From NCBI GenBank assembly GCA_947588275.1, contig CANPYJ010000001.1:20292-84291 (forward strand): 64,000 bases of DNA, given 5' to 3'. Of this stretch, positions 36,126-45,926 are shown one piece after another (within the stretch, counting starts at the first letter, position 1; each line of letters starts with the position of its first letter). The stretch comes from an uncultured Alphaproteobacteria bacterium. GTDB taxonomy: Bacteria; Pseudomonadota; Alphaproteobacteria; RF32; CAG-239. The notes under the pieces were generated by a model that worked only from the letters and a program-made list of their open reading frames with translations, did not search any database and was not told the DNA's origin. A program made the position numbers and the translations under genes.

Positions 36126-36943
36126 ATTTGGCTTGCCGGTTGTTCTTCCGCAGGGGCTGATTCTTCAGCAACAGATTCGTCTTGCGGCGCGGTTTTGGCA
36201 ACAGTGCCGGATTCGGCATTATCGTCTTCAAATTGAATAAAACCGTCTTCCTCAATAACTTCGCTGCCGACGGGCATTTCCTGTTCCTGAATTTGGAGCA
36301 GGGCACGAGGTTCGTCGTCATTTTGCTCTGCCGGCGCTGTCACCACCACCGAAACGGTTTCGGATTGAGCGGTTTCAGGTTGGTCGACGGTTGTCGTGGC
36401 GGTCACCGTATCGGATGCCGGCGCTGTTTCAGCCGGCGCGGCAGAAGGCTGACGAGACATCGTCGACGAAACGCCGGCCTCTTCATCCCGTTTCATGGGC
36501 AATTCGTCACGAGCGGCCAATTCGGCTTCGGTCAAGATTTTTTTGCCTTGAGTGTTACCGTCAATACAGCGCAGCAGCCAAACGTCATAAATCGGATGTT
36601 CCACCGCGTTGAGTGCTGGCGATGAAGACATCATCCAGCCTTTAAAGATATTGACCGGATGATCGGTGTCATAATTATCGACGACATCGACAAAAGCCGT
36701 GTTTTCAGGAGTTTCTTCGGGCGGTGTGGTTGTACAGCGGCGCACGACAATGGAAAAACTTCCGAATACGGCTTCTCCGTTGACAGGAACATCAATTTCG
36801 CTGACCCGTCCGACAATCTTATCCATGGCCCGCATATGCGCCATATTGGTATCAATCGCTGCCGCAGTTGCCGCGTTTGCGCCGCCCAATACGGCCGCTG
36901 CCGAAACCATAGACAGCAGGCTAATTTTCTTTAGAGCCATCAT
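36122..36943 (-). CDS. secreted hypothetical protein (DUF2155-like, often encoded beside mlaD in Alphaproteobacteria) with acidic low-complexity C-terminus
   Basis: Signal peptide MMALKKISLLSMVSAAAVLGGANA. C-terminal E/A/P/T-rich tail. Start overlaps the mlaD stop. Confidence 0.5.
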   Translation of the reverse strand: MMALKKISLLSMVSAAAVLGGANAATAAAIDTNMAHMRAMDKIVGRVSEIDVPVNGEAVFGSFSIVVRRCTTTPPEETPENTAFVDVVDNYDTDHPVNIFKGWMMSSSPALNAVEHPIYDVWLLRCIDGNTQGKKILTEAELAARDELPMKRDEEAGVSSTMSRQPSAAPAETAPASDTVTATTTVDQPETAQSETVSVVVTAPAEQNDDEPRALLQIQEQEMPVGSEVIEEDGFIQFEDDNAESGTVAKTAPQDESVAEESAPAEEQPASQI

Positions 36944-37382
36944 CGGTTACCATAAAGATAATTTCGCCGACCATATCTTCCAAAGTCTTAAAATCTTTGG
37001 TATTAGCCATAACATCGCCGTCTTTCAAAAATTCGGTGCCGTTTCCCGGCTGGATTTTGATAAATTTGTCACCGATTAAACCGTCGCTGACAATAGCCAC
37101 TTCGCTGTCTGTCGGAAGTTTGATGTCTGAAGTCAGGCTCATTTTGACTTCCGCGGTATAATCTTCATTGTCCAGCGACTGTCCGATGACCGTGCCGACC
37201 TTAATACCGTTGATACGCACGTCCGAACCGACGTTCAGCCCGCCGACTTTGAGGAATTTGGCGGTAACGGTGTAGCCTTTGACCACCTGCAAATCCGATA
37301 CATTATATGCAAAATAAGCAAAAAATGCGGCAACGGCCAAAACCAAAATGCCCATAATTGTTTCTACCGGTCTCTTATTCAT
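36921..37382 (-). CDS. mlaD: MlaD-like MCE-domain protein (outer membrane lipid asymmetry maintenance)
   Basis: N-terminal TM anchor + MCE domain (KFLKVGGLNVGSDVRINGIKVGTV). RBS AGGAGAAAATTT. Start set at MNKRPVET. Confidence 0.7.
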   Translation of the reverse strand: MNKRPVETIMGILVLAVAAFFAYFAYNVSDLQVVKGYTVTAKFLKVGGLNVGSDVRINGIKVGTVIGQSLDNEDYTAEVKMSLTSDIKLPTDSEVAIVSDGLIGDKFIKIQPGNGTEFLKDGDVMANTKDFKTLEDMVGEIIFMVTDDGSKEN

Positions 37383-37398
37383 AAATTTTCTCCTGTTT

Positions 37399-37896
37399 TT
37401 ATTTGTTCGGCTGTTTGTTTCGATTGGCTTTGCCGATGTTGACAATGCGGTCAAGCAGTTCTTCAATCACCATAGCGTCTTGCGTATAGGCAAATTCGCC
37501 GCCGGGTTCAATCATATCTTCGGATCCGCCCGGTTCAATTTCGATATATTTGGCGCCCATCAGTCCCGAACTGACAATAGAAGCGCTGCTGTCGTCGGGC
37601 AGCCTGACCGAATCTTTAACTTCCAGAGTCAAAACGGCCTTAAAGTCATCGTCAAGCTTGGCATCGACCACCCGACCGACATTCATTCCGGCCAGCCGCA
37701 CCATGTCACCGACGAGCAGACCGTCCGTGCGGTTAAACCGCGCCTGAACGGCATAGTAGCTTCCGGCTTCCTTGTGGCTGACACGATTGCCGGCCAGCCG
37801 CCAGCAAGCCACAATTGCCAAGATTCCGAGAGCGACGCTGAATCCTATTTTGAGATATTTGGCTTCTTCGCGATTATAAAACTCTTTAACCAACAT
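37399..37896 (-). CDS. second MCE-domain (MlaD-like) paralog
   Basis: TM anchor + MCE core (ARFNRTDGLLVGDMVRLAGMNVGRV). Tandem with mlaD. Confidence 0.7.
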   Translation of the reverse strand: MLVKEFYNREEAKYLKIGFSVALGILAIVACWRLAGNRVSHKEAGSYYAVQARFNRTDGLLVGDMVRLAGMNVGRVVDAKLDDDFKAVLTLEVKDSVRLPDDSSASIVSSGLMGAKYIEIEPGGSEDMIEPGGEFAYTQDAMVIEELLDRIVNIGKANRNKQPNK

Positions 37897-38042
37897 TATT
37901 AAAATCCTTTTTGAACACTACTTATATACATATCGCAAAATAAATATTTTGTCACCAATATTTTGAAAAATGAAAATAATTGTTAAAATTTAAAATTAAT
38001 TTGTTAAAATATGCATAATTTATAAAAATTTCGGTGGTAAAA

Positions 38043-38759
38043 ATGCTGGTCGTCAAAAATATTTCCAAATCATTCGGCACGGTCAAAGCAGTTGATAAGG
38101 TCAATTTTTGCCTGAGCAACGGTGAAGTAACGGCGCTTTTGGGGCCGAACGGCGCCGGCAAGACGACGCTTTTGCGCCTTTTGAGCGGATATTATTATCC
38201 AGACTTCGGGGAAGTGCTGATTAATAACCATAATGTTTCGTCAGACCGTCTGCAGGCTTTAAAAAACTTTGCCTATGTTCCCGAAAACGGTGCGCTTTAT
38301 CCTGAAATGAGCGTTGTCGAATACATTCGTTTCATGGCTTCGCTGTACCAGCTTTCCAAACAGAATTTTGAGGACAATCTGGCTTCTTTGAGCAGGGAAT
38401 TGGGGCTGGCGGAGGTTATCAACCGTCAATGCGAAACCTTGTCCAAAGGATACAAACGCCGAGTGGCTTTGGCTGGCGCGCTGATTCATCGTCCGGATAT
38501 ACTTCTGCTTGACGAACCGACAGAAGGCCTTGATCCTAATCAAAAATACATGATTCGCGATTTTTTGCGGGATTACGGGCGCCGGCATACGGTTTTGATT
38601 TCCACGCATATAATGGAAGAAGTGGAAGCCTGCGCCGGCAGAGTTTTGCTGCTGAACAAGGGAAAGCTCATCTGTGACACCACACCTGACGGACTAAAAA
38701 GCCTGACCCCGGCCAATGACATTGAATCGGCCTTTCGCTCAATGACTTTTGATAAGTGA
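38043..38759 (+). CDS. ABC transporter ATP-binding protein (ABC-2/GldA-like)
   Basis: Walker A GPNGAGKTT, signature LSKGYKRR, Walker B LLLDEPT. Confidence 0.85.
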   Translation: MLVVKNISKSFGTVKAVDKVNFCLSNGEVTALLGPNGAGKTTLLRLLSGYYYPDFGEVLINNHNVSSDRLQALKNFAYVPENGALYPEMSVVEYIRFMASLYQLSKQNFEDNLASLSRELGLAEVINRQCETLSKGYKRRVALAGALIHRPDILLLDEPTEGLDPNQKYMIRDFLRDYGRRHTVLISTHIMEEVEACAGRVLLLNKGKLICDTTPDGLKSLTPANDIESAFRSMTFDK

Positions 38760-38766
38760 GATAAAC

Positions 38767-39498
38767 ATGTTTGATAATCTGCTGCCCGTTTATTTAAAAG
38801 AACTGCGCTCGTATTTTCAAAGCCGGATGTTCTGGTTTGTCTTTGCGGTCTATATCCTGATTTTGATGACGGCCGTTTTTGTTCGCACCGGCTTTTTGCT
38901 TGAAACCGATTCTGAACTGACATCGGTATTTGAAATGCAGATAAACGTATTCGTCCTGATTGTTCCGGCGCTCACCATAAAGTTGTGGGCCGACGAAAAA
39001 CGTTTTGGCACCATGGAATTGACCCTAAGCCTGCCGGTGAGCGGAACCGCGTTGGTTTTAGGCAAATTTTTGGCGGTATGGAGCTTGTGCGGCCTGCTGA
39101 TTATCTCAACTTTCGGCTTGTGCCTGACGACGGCGGCTTTGACTTATGTCGATTTGGCCGAAATCTTGTTGAATTATCTGGTGCTGATTTCGGCTTGCGG
39201 GTCGTTGTGCGCGGTGAGCATGGCGGCCTCAAGCTTTACGACTCAGCCGGTAAGCGCCTTTGTGTTGTCATTGGCATTTTGTCTGCTGGTGTCATTGCTG
39301 AATTTGACAATCTTTATTCCTGAAGACAGCTTGTCGCTTGAAATTTGGCTGCGCGCCGGCAACAGCCTGCACTTTGTGCAGCAATATTCGCAGCTTTTAA
39401 GCGGTCGTTTCTCAATGAGCGCCGTTTACTATTTCGTCAGTATGATTGTGTTTCCGCTATGGCTCAACGTAATGTCGGTTGAATGGAGGAAAAATTAA
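38767..39498 (+). CDS. ABC-2 type permease (GldF-like)
   Basis: Six predicted TM segments. Immediately downstream of the ATPase. Confidence 0.75.
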   Translation: MFDNLLPVYLKELRSYFQSRMFWFVFAVYILILMTAVFVRTGFLLETDSELTSVFEMQINVFVLIVPALTIKLWADEKRFGTMELTLSLPVSGTALVLGKFLAVWSLCGLLIISTFGLCLTTAALTYVDLAEILLNYLVLISACGSLCAVSMAASSFTTQPVSAFVLSLAFCLLVSLLNLTIFIPEDSLSLEIWLRAGNSLHFVQQYSQLLSGRFSMSAVYYFVSMIVFPLWLNVMSVEWRKN

Positions 39499-41208
39499 AT
39501 GCTAAAACGAATTGGCTTTGCATTTTGCGTCCTTTGCGTGCTGATTGCTTTTGGCAGCACCAACATTGCCGTTTCGCTGTTGGGCAGCTCTGCCGTTTGG
39601 GATTTGAGCCGCGGCGGCCGCTACAGTCTGAGCTCGGATACCGAACACTGGCTAGCAAACAATCAGGCAGATATCTTTATGCGTTTGTACATTTCTCCGG
39701 AAGACAAACAAAGTTCTGCCGTTCGCAACTATATTCAAGACGTTGTCCGCTTGCTGGAACAATATCAGCTTTTGTCTGCCGGCAAAATCAGCGTGCGCAC
39801 CATCACGGTCGAACAACCGTCACCAGCGTCGGCTGAAGCCAAAAAGCAAGGCATCAAGACTGATTCCGATCCAATTCTCGGCTTGGTCATTTCTGATGAA
39901 AACGGCAATTTTGAAAGCATTTCACGTCTCAATCCGGACAATCGCGCTTATTTGGAGCACGATATCAGCCGTCTGCTCGGAAGACTGGGTGGATACAAAA
40001 AGCCTAAAGTCGGCATTGTGGCGCCCGACCTGACGGTTATGCCGACGAAAGATGCTTTGGACTATACGGCAGACTGGCCGTTTATCGACGCTCTGCGGCA
40101 AGATTATGACCTTGAGCTTCTGTCAGCGCAAAACTTGCGTATTCCTGAAGATTTGCGGGCAGTTTTGCTGATTAATCCGCGGGGCTTGGCTCAAAACGCC
40201 GTGTACGCCGTTGACCAATATCTGCTGCACGGCGGCAGGCTGCTGATATTTGACGACCCTTATCCGGCCATGAAACCGGATTCCAATCGCGGCAACGAAG
40301 CGATATTTGAAAAACTGTTGGCAAACTGGGGCATTCGGATAATCGACCATAATTCTGCCGCATTGCGGCAAACTCCCGACACTTTAGCGGCACTGGGGGC
40401 AGACGGTCTGTTTGAGGGTATTTGGCCGCTGGATTTGCACTCGGCCGGTTCAATAGATTATCAACCGCGGCCGGAAACGGATTTTGAGCCGCTGTTAATC
40501 AGCGATGACGGTCAGGAACCTCAGATTGCAGCCGCCAAACTTGAGGGAAATTTTATGTCCCTGTTTCCGGAACAGGTGGGCGGCAATGCTGCCCTCAGAG
40601 CCGGTGCGGATCCGTTTATAAGCATCTCGCTCAGCCCCGGAAAAATCATTTTGGTTGCCGACAGCGATTTGCTCAACTCCTCTTGGTGGAATGCCAACCG
40701 GACGCCCGCTCAATCACCGGAAGATTTTGTCTTAAAACGCGGCAATCTCGACTTTATAAAACGCAGTCTTGATTATCTGACCGACAACAAAAAAGCGCTG
40801 AATGCCGCGCCCAAGCAACGCTCTGGCCAAACGATGCCGATCAGCGAGGTGTTTTTGAATTTGGCCGAGCAGGCGGCCGCACCGGCTTTGATTCAAAACC
40901 AAAAGGAATATGATGCCGCCCTCAATCAAAAAGCCCGCATCATCCGGCAAATTCGCGCCAAAGAAATTATGCCGTCAATCAAAACGGCCAAACAAACCGA
41001 GGCGCTGAACCGCCGCATTTTGGAATTGGAGCAACAAAAAGCCGCCATAACTGCCGGTATCAACAATTCATACCTGACATGGCTGTATTCCTATATTGTG
41101 CTGAACGGCATAATTCCGTTTGTATTTTTGGGTATTTACATATTTATCAGATGGCGCGGAAGCAAAAAACTTGCCACGGCAGCCGTAAGGATGGTGAAAA
41201 ATGCGTAG
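39499..41208 (+). CDS. GldG-like ABC-transport auxiliary component (N- and C-terminal TM anchors, large periplasmic domain)
   Basis: 569 aa. N-term TM, C-term TM (IIPFVFLGIYIFIRW). ATG overlaps permease stop (TAAATG). Confidence 0.7.
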   Translation: MLKRIGFAFCVLCVLIAFGSTNIAVSLLGSSAVWDLSRGGRYSLSSDTEHWLANNQADIFMRLYISPEDKQSSAVRNYIQDVVRLLEQYQLLSAGKISVRTITVEQPSPASAEAKKQGIKTDSDPILGLVISDENGNFESISRLNPDNRAYLEHDISRLLGRLGGYKKPKVGIVAPDLTVMPTKDALDYTADWPFIDALRQDYDLELLSAQNLRIPEDLRAVLLINPRGLAQNAVYAVDQYLLHGGRLLIFDDPYPAMKPDSNRGNEAIFEKLLANWGIRIIDHNSAALRQTPDTLAALGADGLFEGIWPLDLHSAGSIDYQPRPETDFEPLLISDDGQEPQIAAAKLEGNFMSLFPEQVGGNAALRAGADPFISISLSPGKIILVADSDLLNSSWWNANRTPAQSPEDFVLKRGNLDFIKRSLDYLTDNKKALNAAPKQRSGQTMPISEVFLNLAEQAAAPALIQNQKEYDAALNQKARIIRQIRAKEIMPSIKTAKQTEALNRRILELEQQKAAITAGINNSYLTWLYSYIVLNGIIPFVFLGIYIFIRWRGSKKLATAAVRMVKNA

Positions 41209-42151
41209 ACGTCTTATTATCCGCTCGGCTGCGGTGGCGCTGCTCTCGGTTCTCTTGGCCATGGCGGCCGTCATCGCCGTCAATCGCAAATTTCCCGTGC
41301 AAACCAGCGGCAGGCTGGTTTTTGCCAATACTTACGCCAACGGCCTTAAAATTGATAAAATTGTATTGGATTCTTCATCAGGAACCACCACTCTGAAATC
41401 CCTGAACGATTTTTGGGTTGTTGCCGAGGCCGATGACTATTATGCCGACCTGAAACTGGTTGGCGAACTGATCGGTGATTTTAATAATTCCACCTACTAC
41501 AGCCGCAAGGCTTATTCTGCCAAAGCACTGAAAATTACCGGACTGAACGAAGAAGGGCTGCGCATTCGCACCTATGCCGGAGATGTGTTGCAAGATGACA
41601 TTTTTCTGGGATATGATGCCGGCAATCCGGATTATCATTTTGTGCAGCCTGCCGACCGCAAACAAATTTGGCTGGCCGACGGCAGCTATGCAATTCCGGA
41701 AGACTATGTTTCATGGATAACCGATCCGGTTTTGCATTTGCCGCAGGAATTGATTGAGATTATTGAAACCGAAGACGGAATCTTGTCGAGGTTTAGCGCA
41801 CGGCAGCCGTTTCGTGACCGTGAAAACAGAGTAGCCGTTGATGCGCCGATAATCACCCGTGAAGCCGAATATATCAGCGTCGATGATGTCAAGTCTGCCG
41901 CCAACTTTGACCAAACGCGTTTTCCCGAGCGCCGGCGAATAAGTTTTTACACCTTTCAGGGGTTGATTGTGACCTACAATATTTATTCGGACGGCAGGGA
42001 ATATTGGGTTAACGTTTCTTTGTCGGCCACCCCTCTACCAAAACAAAGCGTCAATGCTTATATCAGAGACAACAAAATGTTCTATGACGGCTGGTATTTT
42101 CGGATTCCGGCCGAGCAGGGAGCGGTATTGTTGTCACAAAAACCGATATAA
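41201..42151 (+). CDS. DUF4340-like periplasmic protein commonly following GldG-like genes
   Basis: N-terminal TM/signal (LLSVLLAMAAVIAV). Overlaps GldG-like stop by 8 nt. Confidence 0.55.
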   Translation: MRRRLIIRSAAVALLSVLLAMAAVIAVNRKFPVQTSGRLVFANTYANGLKIDKIVLDSSSGTTTLKSLNDFWVVAEADDYYADLKLVGELIGDFNNSTYYSRKAYSAKALKITGLNEEGLRIRTYAGDVLQDDIFLGYDAGNPDYHFVQPADRKQIWLADGSYAIPEDYVSWITDPVLHLPQELIEIIETEDGILSRFSARQPFRDRENRVAVDAPIITREAEYISVDDVKSAANFDQTRFPERRRISFYTFQGLIVTYNIYSDGREYWVNVSLSATPLPKQSVNAYIRDNKMFYDGWYFRIPAEQGAVLLSQKPI

Positions 42152-42161
42152 GTATTGAGGG

Positions 42162-43574
42162 ATGGAAGTTTCGCAACAACTGGCGTCATTTCTGCTGAAT
42201 GTCTCCACAAATATTTTTATGGAGCTGTCGTCGCACGGGCAGATTTTATATGCCAGCGACAATGCCGATGATGTTTTTGCCGTTGACAATCGGATGGGCG
42301 CATATTTGCCGCAGCTGCTGCCGGCCGAAACGCGCGGACTTGTGATCTCGGCGCTGCAAGAGGTTGTGCGGCGCCGGCGGCCGGAATCTTTGCACTTGGA
42401 ATATCAAAATCGTCAGTACAATCTTTTTTTCTATCCGTTTGCCGATCGGATTGCGGCGTGTTTTGAAGATATTTCCGAACGCCGGCGATTGGCGCATTTG
42501 TTGAGCCGTGCGCGTCAACGGCTGGATTTTGCGGAACGTACGGCACATTTGGGATATTGGGAACTTGATTTGCAAACGCGGCGTTTTTATTGGTCGGCCG
42601 AAATGTATCGGATATTCGGCCAGACGGCGGAGCGGGTGTCGCGTCGGCGCAATTTGATTCGCGACGGTGTTTTGCCGCAGGATTTGCCGATTTACAAACA
42701 ACAGCTCAAAAAACTTTTGGGCAGCGGCCAACCGGTTGAGGGCAGGGTTCGCTTGCGGCGGCCGCCGAACCGGATTGTTCATTGTCTGTTTCGCGCCGGA
42801 TTTTTAAATTTGGAAAATCGTCGCCTGATTGCCGGAACGTTTCAAGATATCAGCGCGCAGATAAAACAGCAGGAAACATTGGAAAAAGCGCGGCGCAAAG
42901 CGGAAGCCGCCGATCAGGCCAAGTCGCAGTTTTTGGCGCAGGCCAGTCATGATTTGCGGCAGCCGGCACAGGCTTTGCAGTTGTTTGTGGATGCTTTGGC
43001 CGATGAAAAACTCACTGCCGGCCAGCGGCATTTGGTAAGCAGCATAACCGAAGCCGTCAATGGTCTGAAAAATCTTTTGAATAATTTGCTGGATATTTCC
43101 AAGCTTGATTCCGGAGGTTTTTGTCCGCAGCCGCAGGAATTTGACCTGCGCGAAATATTTTGCGGCTTGTGCCGCGAGTACGTTTGTTATCCGCAGATAA
43201 AGTTCATCTGCCGGACACAGTCCATAAATTTGTGCGCCGACAAAATATGGCTTGAACGTTTGTTGCGCAATCTGCTGGGCAATGCGCTCAAATACACCAA
43301 AGACAAGATTCTTCTGAGCTGCAGCCGTCGCGGCAATCGGGTTTATATCCGCGTGGCCGACAACGGCATCGGCATCAAACCGGACGAACTCAAACTGATT
43401 TTTGAAGAGTTTTACCAAAGCGCCAATATTGAAAACAATCGATGCAGCGGAGCCGGACTGGGACTAAGCATTGTCAGCCGCATTGTCCACCTGCTTGACG
43501 GCCGTATCAGGGTTCGTTCTCAATTCGGCCGCTACAGCGTTTTTGAGGTTTCTTTTCCGCTTCGCCCTTGCTAA
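42162..43574 (+). CDS. cytoplasmic PAS-domain sensor histidine kinase (HisKA + HATPase_c), no adjacent response regulator
   Basis: H-box ASHDLRQPAQAL, N/G1/G2 boxes (LGNALKYT, DNGIGI, GAGLGLSIV). No TM segments. Confidence 0.8.
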   Translation: MEVSQQLASFLLNVSTNIFMELSSHGQILYASDNADDVFAVDNRMGAYLPQLLPAETRGLVISALQEVVRRRRPESLHLEYQNRQYNLFFYPFADRIAACFEDISERRRLAHLLSRARQRLDFAERTAHLGYWELDLQTRRFYWSAEMYRIFGQTAERVSRRRNLIRDGVLPQDLPIYKQQLKKLLGSGQPVEGRVRLRRPPNRIVHCLFRAGFLNLENRRLIAGTFQDISAQIKQQETLEKARRKAEAADQAKSQFLAQASHDLRQPAQALQLFVDALADEKLTAGQRHLVSSITEAVNGLKNLLNNLLDISKLDSGGFCPQPQEFDLREIFCGLCREYVCYPQIKFICRTQSINLCADKIWLERLLRNLLGNALKYTKDKILLSCSRRGNRVYIRVADNGIGIKPDELKLIFEEFYQSANIENNRCSGAGLGLSIVSRIVHLLDGRIRVRSQFGRYSVFEVSFPLRPC

Positions 43575-43690
43575 AGAAGTTTATGCACCCTCAAGTCGGT
43601 TTTTCAAGTAACCGCGGCGAGTCGGCGTTGTGCGAAGCAGCCTTGAGAGCCGGACCGAACGAAGTTCAAATCCCGTGCAAGCTTAAACAA

Positions 43691-43721
43691 AAAACTCCTC
43701 TGCGAAAGAGGAGCTTTTTTG
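43691..43721. terminator. bidirectional terminator (aaaaactcctc-tgcgaaag-aggagtttttt) between HK and tRNA-Lys
   Basis: 8-bp stem with A-run upstream and T-run downstream. Confidence 0.65.
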
Positions 43722-43722
43722 T

Positions 43723-43798
43723 TGGTACGCGCGCAGGGATTCGAACCCTGGACCCACTGATTAAGAGTCAGTTGCTCTACCAGCTGAGCTACGCACGC
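43723..43798 (-). tRNA. tRNA-Lys (anticodon CUU)
   Basis: Minus strand GCGTGCGTAGCTCAGCTGGTAGAGCAACTGACTCTTAATCAGTGGGTCCAGGGTTCGAATCCCTGCGCGCGTACCA. Cloverleaf with CTCTTAA anticodon loop. CCA encoded. Confidence 0.85.
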
Positions 43799-43933
43799 AT
43801 TATTTGCAACTGGAGGGACTATAGACTTTATTTTTTTTAATTGCAACAATTTTTTTCAGATAATAAAAATTACCTTGCCAAACCGAATAATTTATATAAA
43901 ATCATAAGCAGTTTTAATTTGAGGGAGACGACA

Positions 43934-44698
43934 ATGAAAAAAGTTATTTTAGGCGTTTTGGCCGTTATCGTAATTGCGTTGGCTGTGGTTTGGTGCTCGC
44001 TGGAAAGCATCGTTAAGAAAGCGGTCAACAAATTCGGCTCTGAGGTTACCGGAACCGAAGTCAAGCTTGAAGGATTTCAGTTTTCTCCGTTTGCCGGCAC
44101 GGCTGCCATTCAGGGGCTGACCGTTGCTAATCCGGAGAACTACAAGAGTCCGTATCTGCTTTCGCTGGGCGGAGTTTCGGTTAAGGTTAATGTCAAGAGC
44201 CTGTTTACCGACACGATTATTGTTGACGACATAACTATCAACAAGCCTGAAATCACGTATGAGATGCTGTCGTTGACACAAAACAACATCAAACAGCTTC
44301 AGGAAAACATTGCCAAGAACACGGCTTCGACGAGCAAAGCCGAACCGGTTGCCGAGGAAAAGCCGGCCGAGCCGCAAAAAGCTTCCAAAAATGTCATTAT
44401 CAAGAAAGTGACAGTTTCGGAAGGCGGGCTCAAAGCCGTGACGGCCATTCCGGGAGACAAAGGGCTGCTTAATGTAACCCTGCCGGAAATCACTCTGACC
44501 GACATTGGTGCTGACAAGAAGAAAGAGAGTATTGTCAGCTCGGTAACCAAGATTTTGAACAAAGTTTTGTCGGTGGCTTCCGAAACTGTTGTCAAAAATG
44601 GCATGAACAACCTTAAAAACGTCGCTGAAGAGAGCCTCAACAATGTGGTCGGCGACGTCAAAGACAAGGTCAAGAGTCTGGGTATCTTTGGCAAATAA
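43934..44698 (+). CDS. hypothetical membrane-anchored protein (N-terminal TM, Lys/Val-rich, AsmA-like N-terminus)
   Basis: RBS GAGGGAGACGACAATG. TM MKKVILGVLAVIVIALAVVW. Terminator follows. Confidence 0.5.
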   Translation: MKKVILGVLAVIVIALAVVWCSLESIVKKAVNKFGSEVTGTEVKLEGFQFSPFAGTAAIQGLTVANPENYKSPYLLSLGGVSVKVNVKSLFTDTIIVDDITINKPEITYEMLSLTQNNIKQLQENIAKNTASTSKAEPVAEEKPAEPQKASKNVIIKKVTVSEGGLKAVTAIPGDKGLLNVTLPEITLTDIGADKKKESIVSSVTKILNKVLSVASETVVKNGMNNLKNVAEESLNNVVGDVKDKVKSLGIFGK

Positions 44699-44710
44699 GT
44701 CAAAATCTCA

Positions 44711-44746
44711 AAATTTCCCCGCCGAATGAGGCGGGGATTTTTTTTG
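44711..44746 (+). terminator. rho-independent terminator (tttccccgcc-gaatga-ggcggggattttttttg)
   Basis: GC-rich stem + T8. Confidence 0.7.
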
Positions 44747-44824
44747 TCCGTCGCGTGAAATAATATATTGACACACAATGGCGTTCTTGCTAAAATAAAA
44801 GAAAAGTCTTTTATGGAGGCAGGA

Positions 44825-45856
44825 ATGAAAAAGCTATCGTTTGCAGCGGCGTTAGGCATTGGAACAATGCTCGCAACTTCGGCTTTGGCGGCAGACTGTG
44901 TCAAGGCCGACTGCGCAAGTTTAGGCTACACTCTTTCTCTTCCCGCCAATTGTCTTGAATCGATTAATTGTCCGTTTGACACGGCTTATAAAGCTTGCAC
45001 CCATTTAGAGAACGACTTGTTGGATGCCTGTCCTGCCGGCAAAACCTGCGAAACCAAATATAAGGTTACCGGTACTAAGCCGGATATACAAGTAGGTATG
45101 ATTGCGTTGTCCGACGGCCAATTTGTCAAGCCGGACGAATTGCGGTATTATGTGACGCCAGCGACACCAGATCGCTTTCCGATAGGGATTGTTGCTTGGG
45201 TGGACGCCAACGGACACGGTGCAATTGTCGGCTTGCGCGATACAAATCCGCACGGAGACGACATTGGTGACGATCATTACGAAAAAGCCCCGTGGCGTTA
45301 TTATACAAACGGATATACCGTCGACGGTCCGGAAATTACCGGCAACCTTTATTATGATCCTTATTACGGCAACGGCGAAGCCAAAGACGATATGAACGGG
45401 CTGGAGCATATGCAGACCATTATTAAAAATTGGCGATATTCGCTCTCAAATTGTCACGAAAACGGTAATGGAAATGTCGGTGGAACTTGTGATGACGCCG
45501 GCATGGCGATGAGCTCATGCTTTTGCTACAAACCCACATTTACGTTTGAAGGTCCTCAGCTCACTGTTGCTAAGCGTATCAATCCGTTTGGCACAACAAC
45601 CGGCTGGTGGTATATGCCGTCTTACGGTGAGCTTCTAAAACTGGCGAATGCGGCCGATAAGATCAACGCTTCAATGAGTGCTTTTGATGAAGAGGTGTTT
45701 GGCAGCTCAAATTATCGAAAACTTGATTTTGATTCCAAATGTTATTGGAGCTCGACGGAACATGCAAGCCGCATTGTTTATGCATGGGGTCAATGCCAAT
45801 ATGGAACCTTTGAAAAAACCGAATGGAATACCGTACGCTGTCTTTTGCCGTTTTAG
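44825..45856 (+). CDS. secreted cysteine-rich hypothetical protein with C-terminal DUF1566-like (Lcl-type) domain
   Basis: Signal peptide MKKLSFAAALGIGTMLATSALA. Many Cys. GWWYMPSYGELLKL resembles the DUF1566 W(R/Y)LPT..EL motif. RBS GGAGGCAGGAATG. Confidence 0.5.
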   Translation: MKKLSFAAALGIGTMLATSALAADCVKADCASLGYTLSLPANCLESINCPFDTAYKACTHLENDLLDACPAGKTCETKYKVTGTKPDIQVGMIALSDGQFVKPDELRYYVTPATPDRFPIGIVAWVDANGHGAIVGLRDTNPHGDDIGDDHYEKAPWRYYTNGYTVDGPEITGNLYYDPYYGNGEAKDDMNGLEHMQTIIKNWRYSLSNCHENGNGNVGGTCDDAGMAMSSCFCYKPTFTFEGPQLTVAKRINPFGTTTGWWYMPSYGELLKLANAADKINASMSAFDEEVFGSSNYRKLDFDSKCYWSSTEHASRIVYAWGQCQYGTFEKTEWNTVRCLLPF

Positions 45857-45926
45857 TTTTGCCGCTGCAAATCAAAGTTGACCGGTCAAGATAAAAAGAC
45901 GTTTGGTCATTCTGCTTTAACTTTGC

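Noticed and set aside
43600-43690. tRNA-like T-loop motif (GAAGTTCAAATCCCGT) downstream of the histidine kinase
   Set aside because: No complementary T-stem or acceptor stem can be formed. Probably chance similarity, not a tRNA or fragment.
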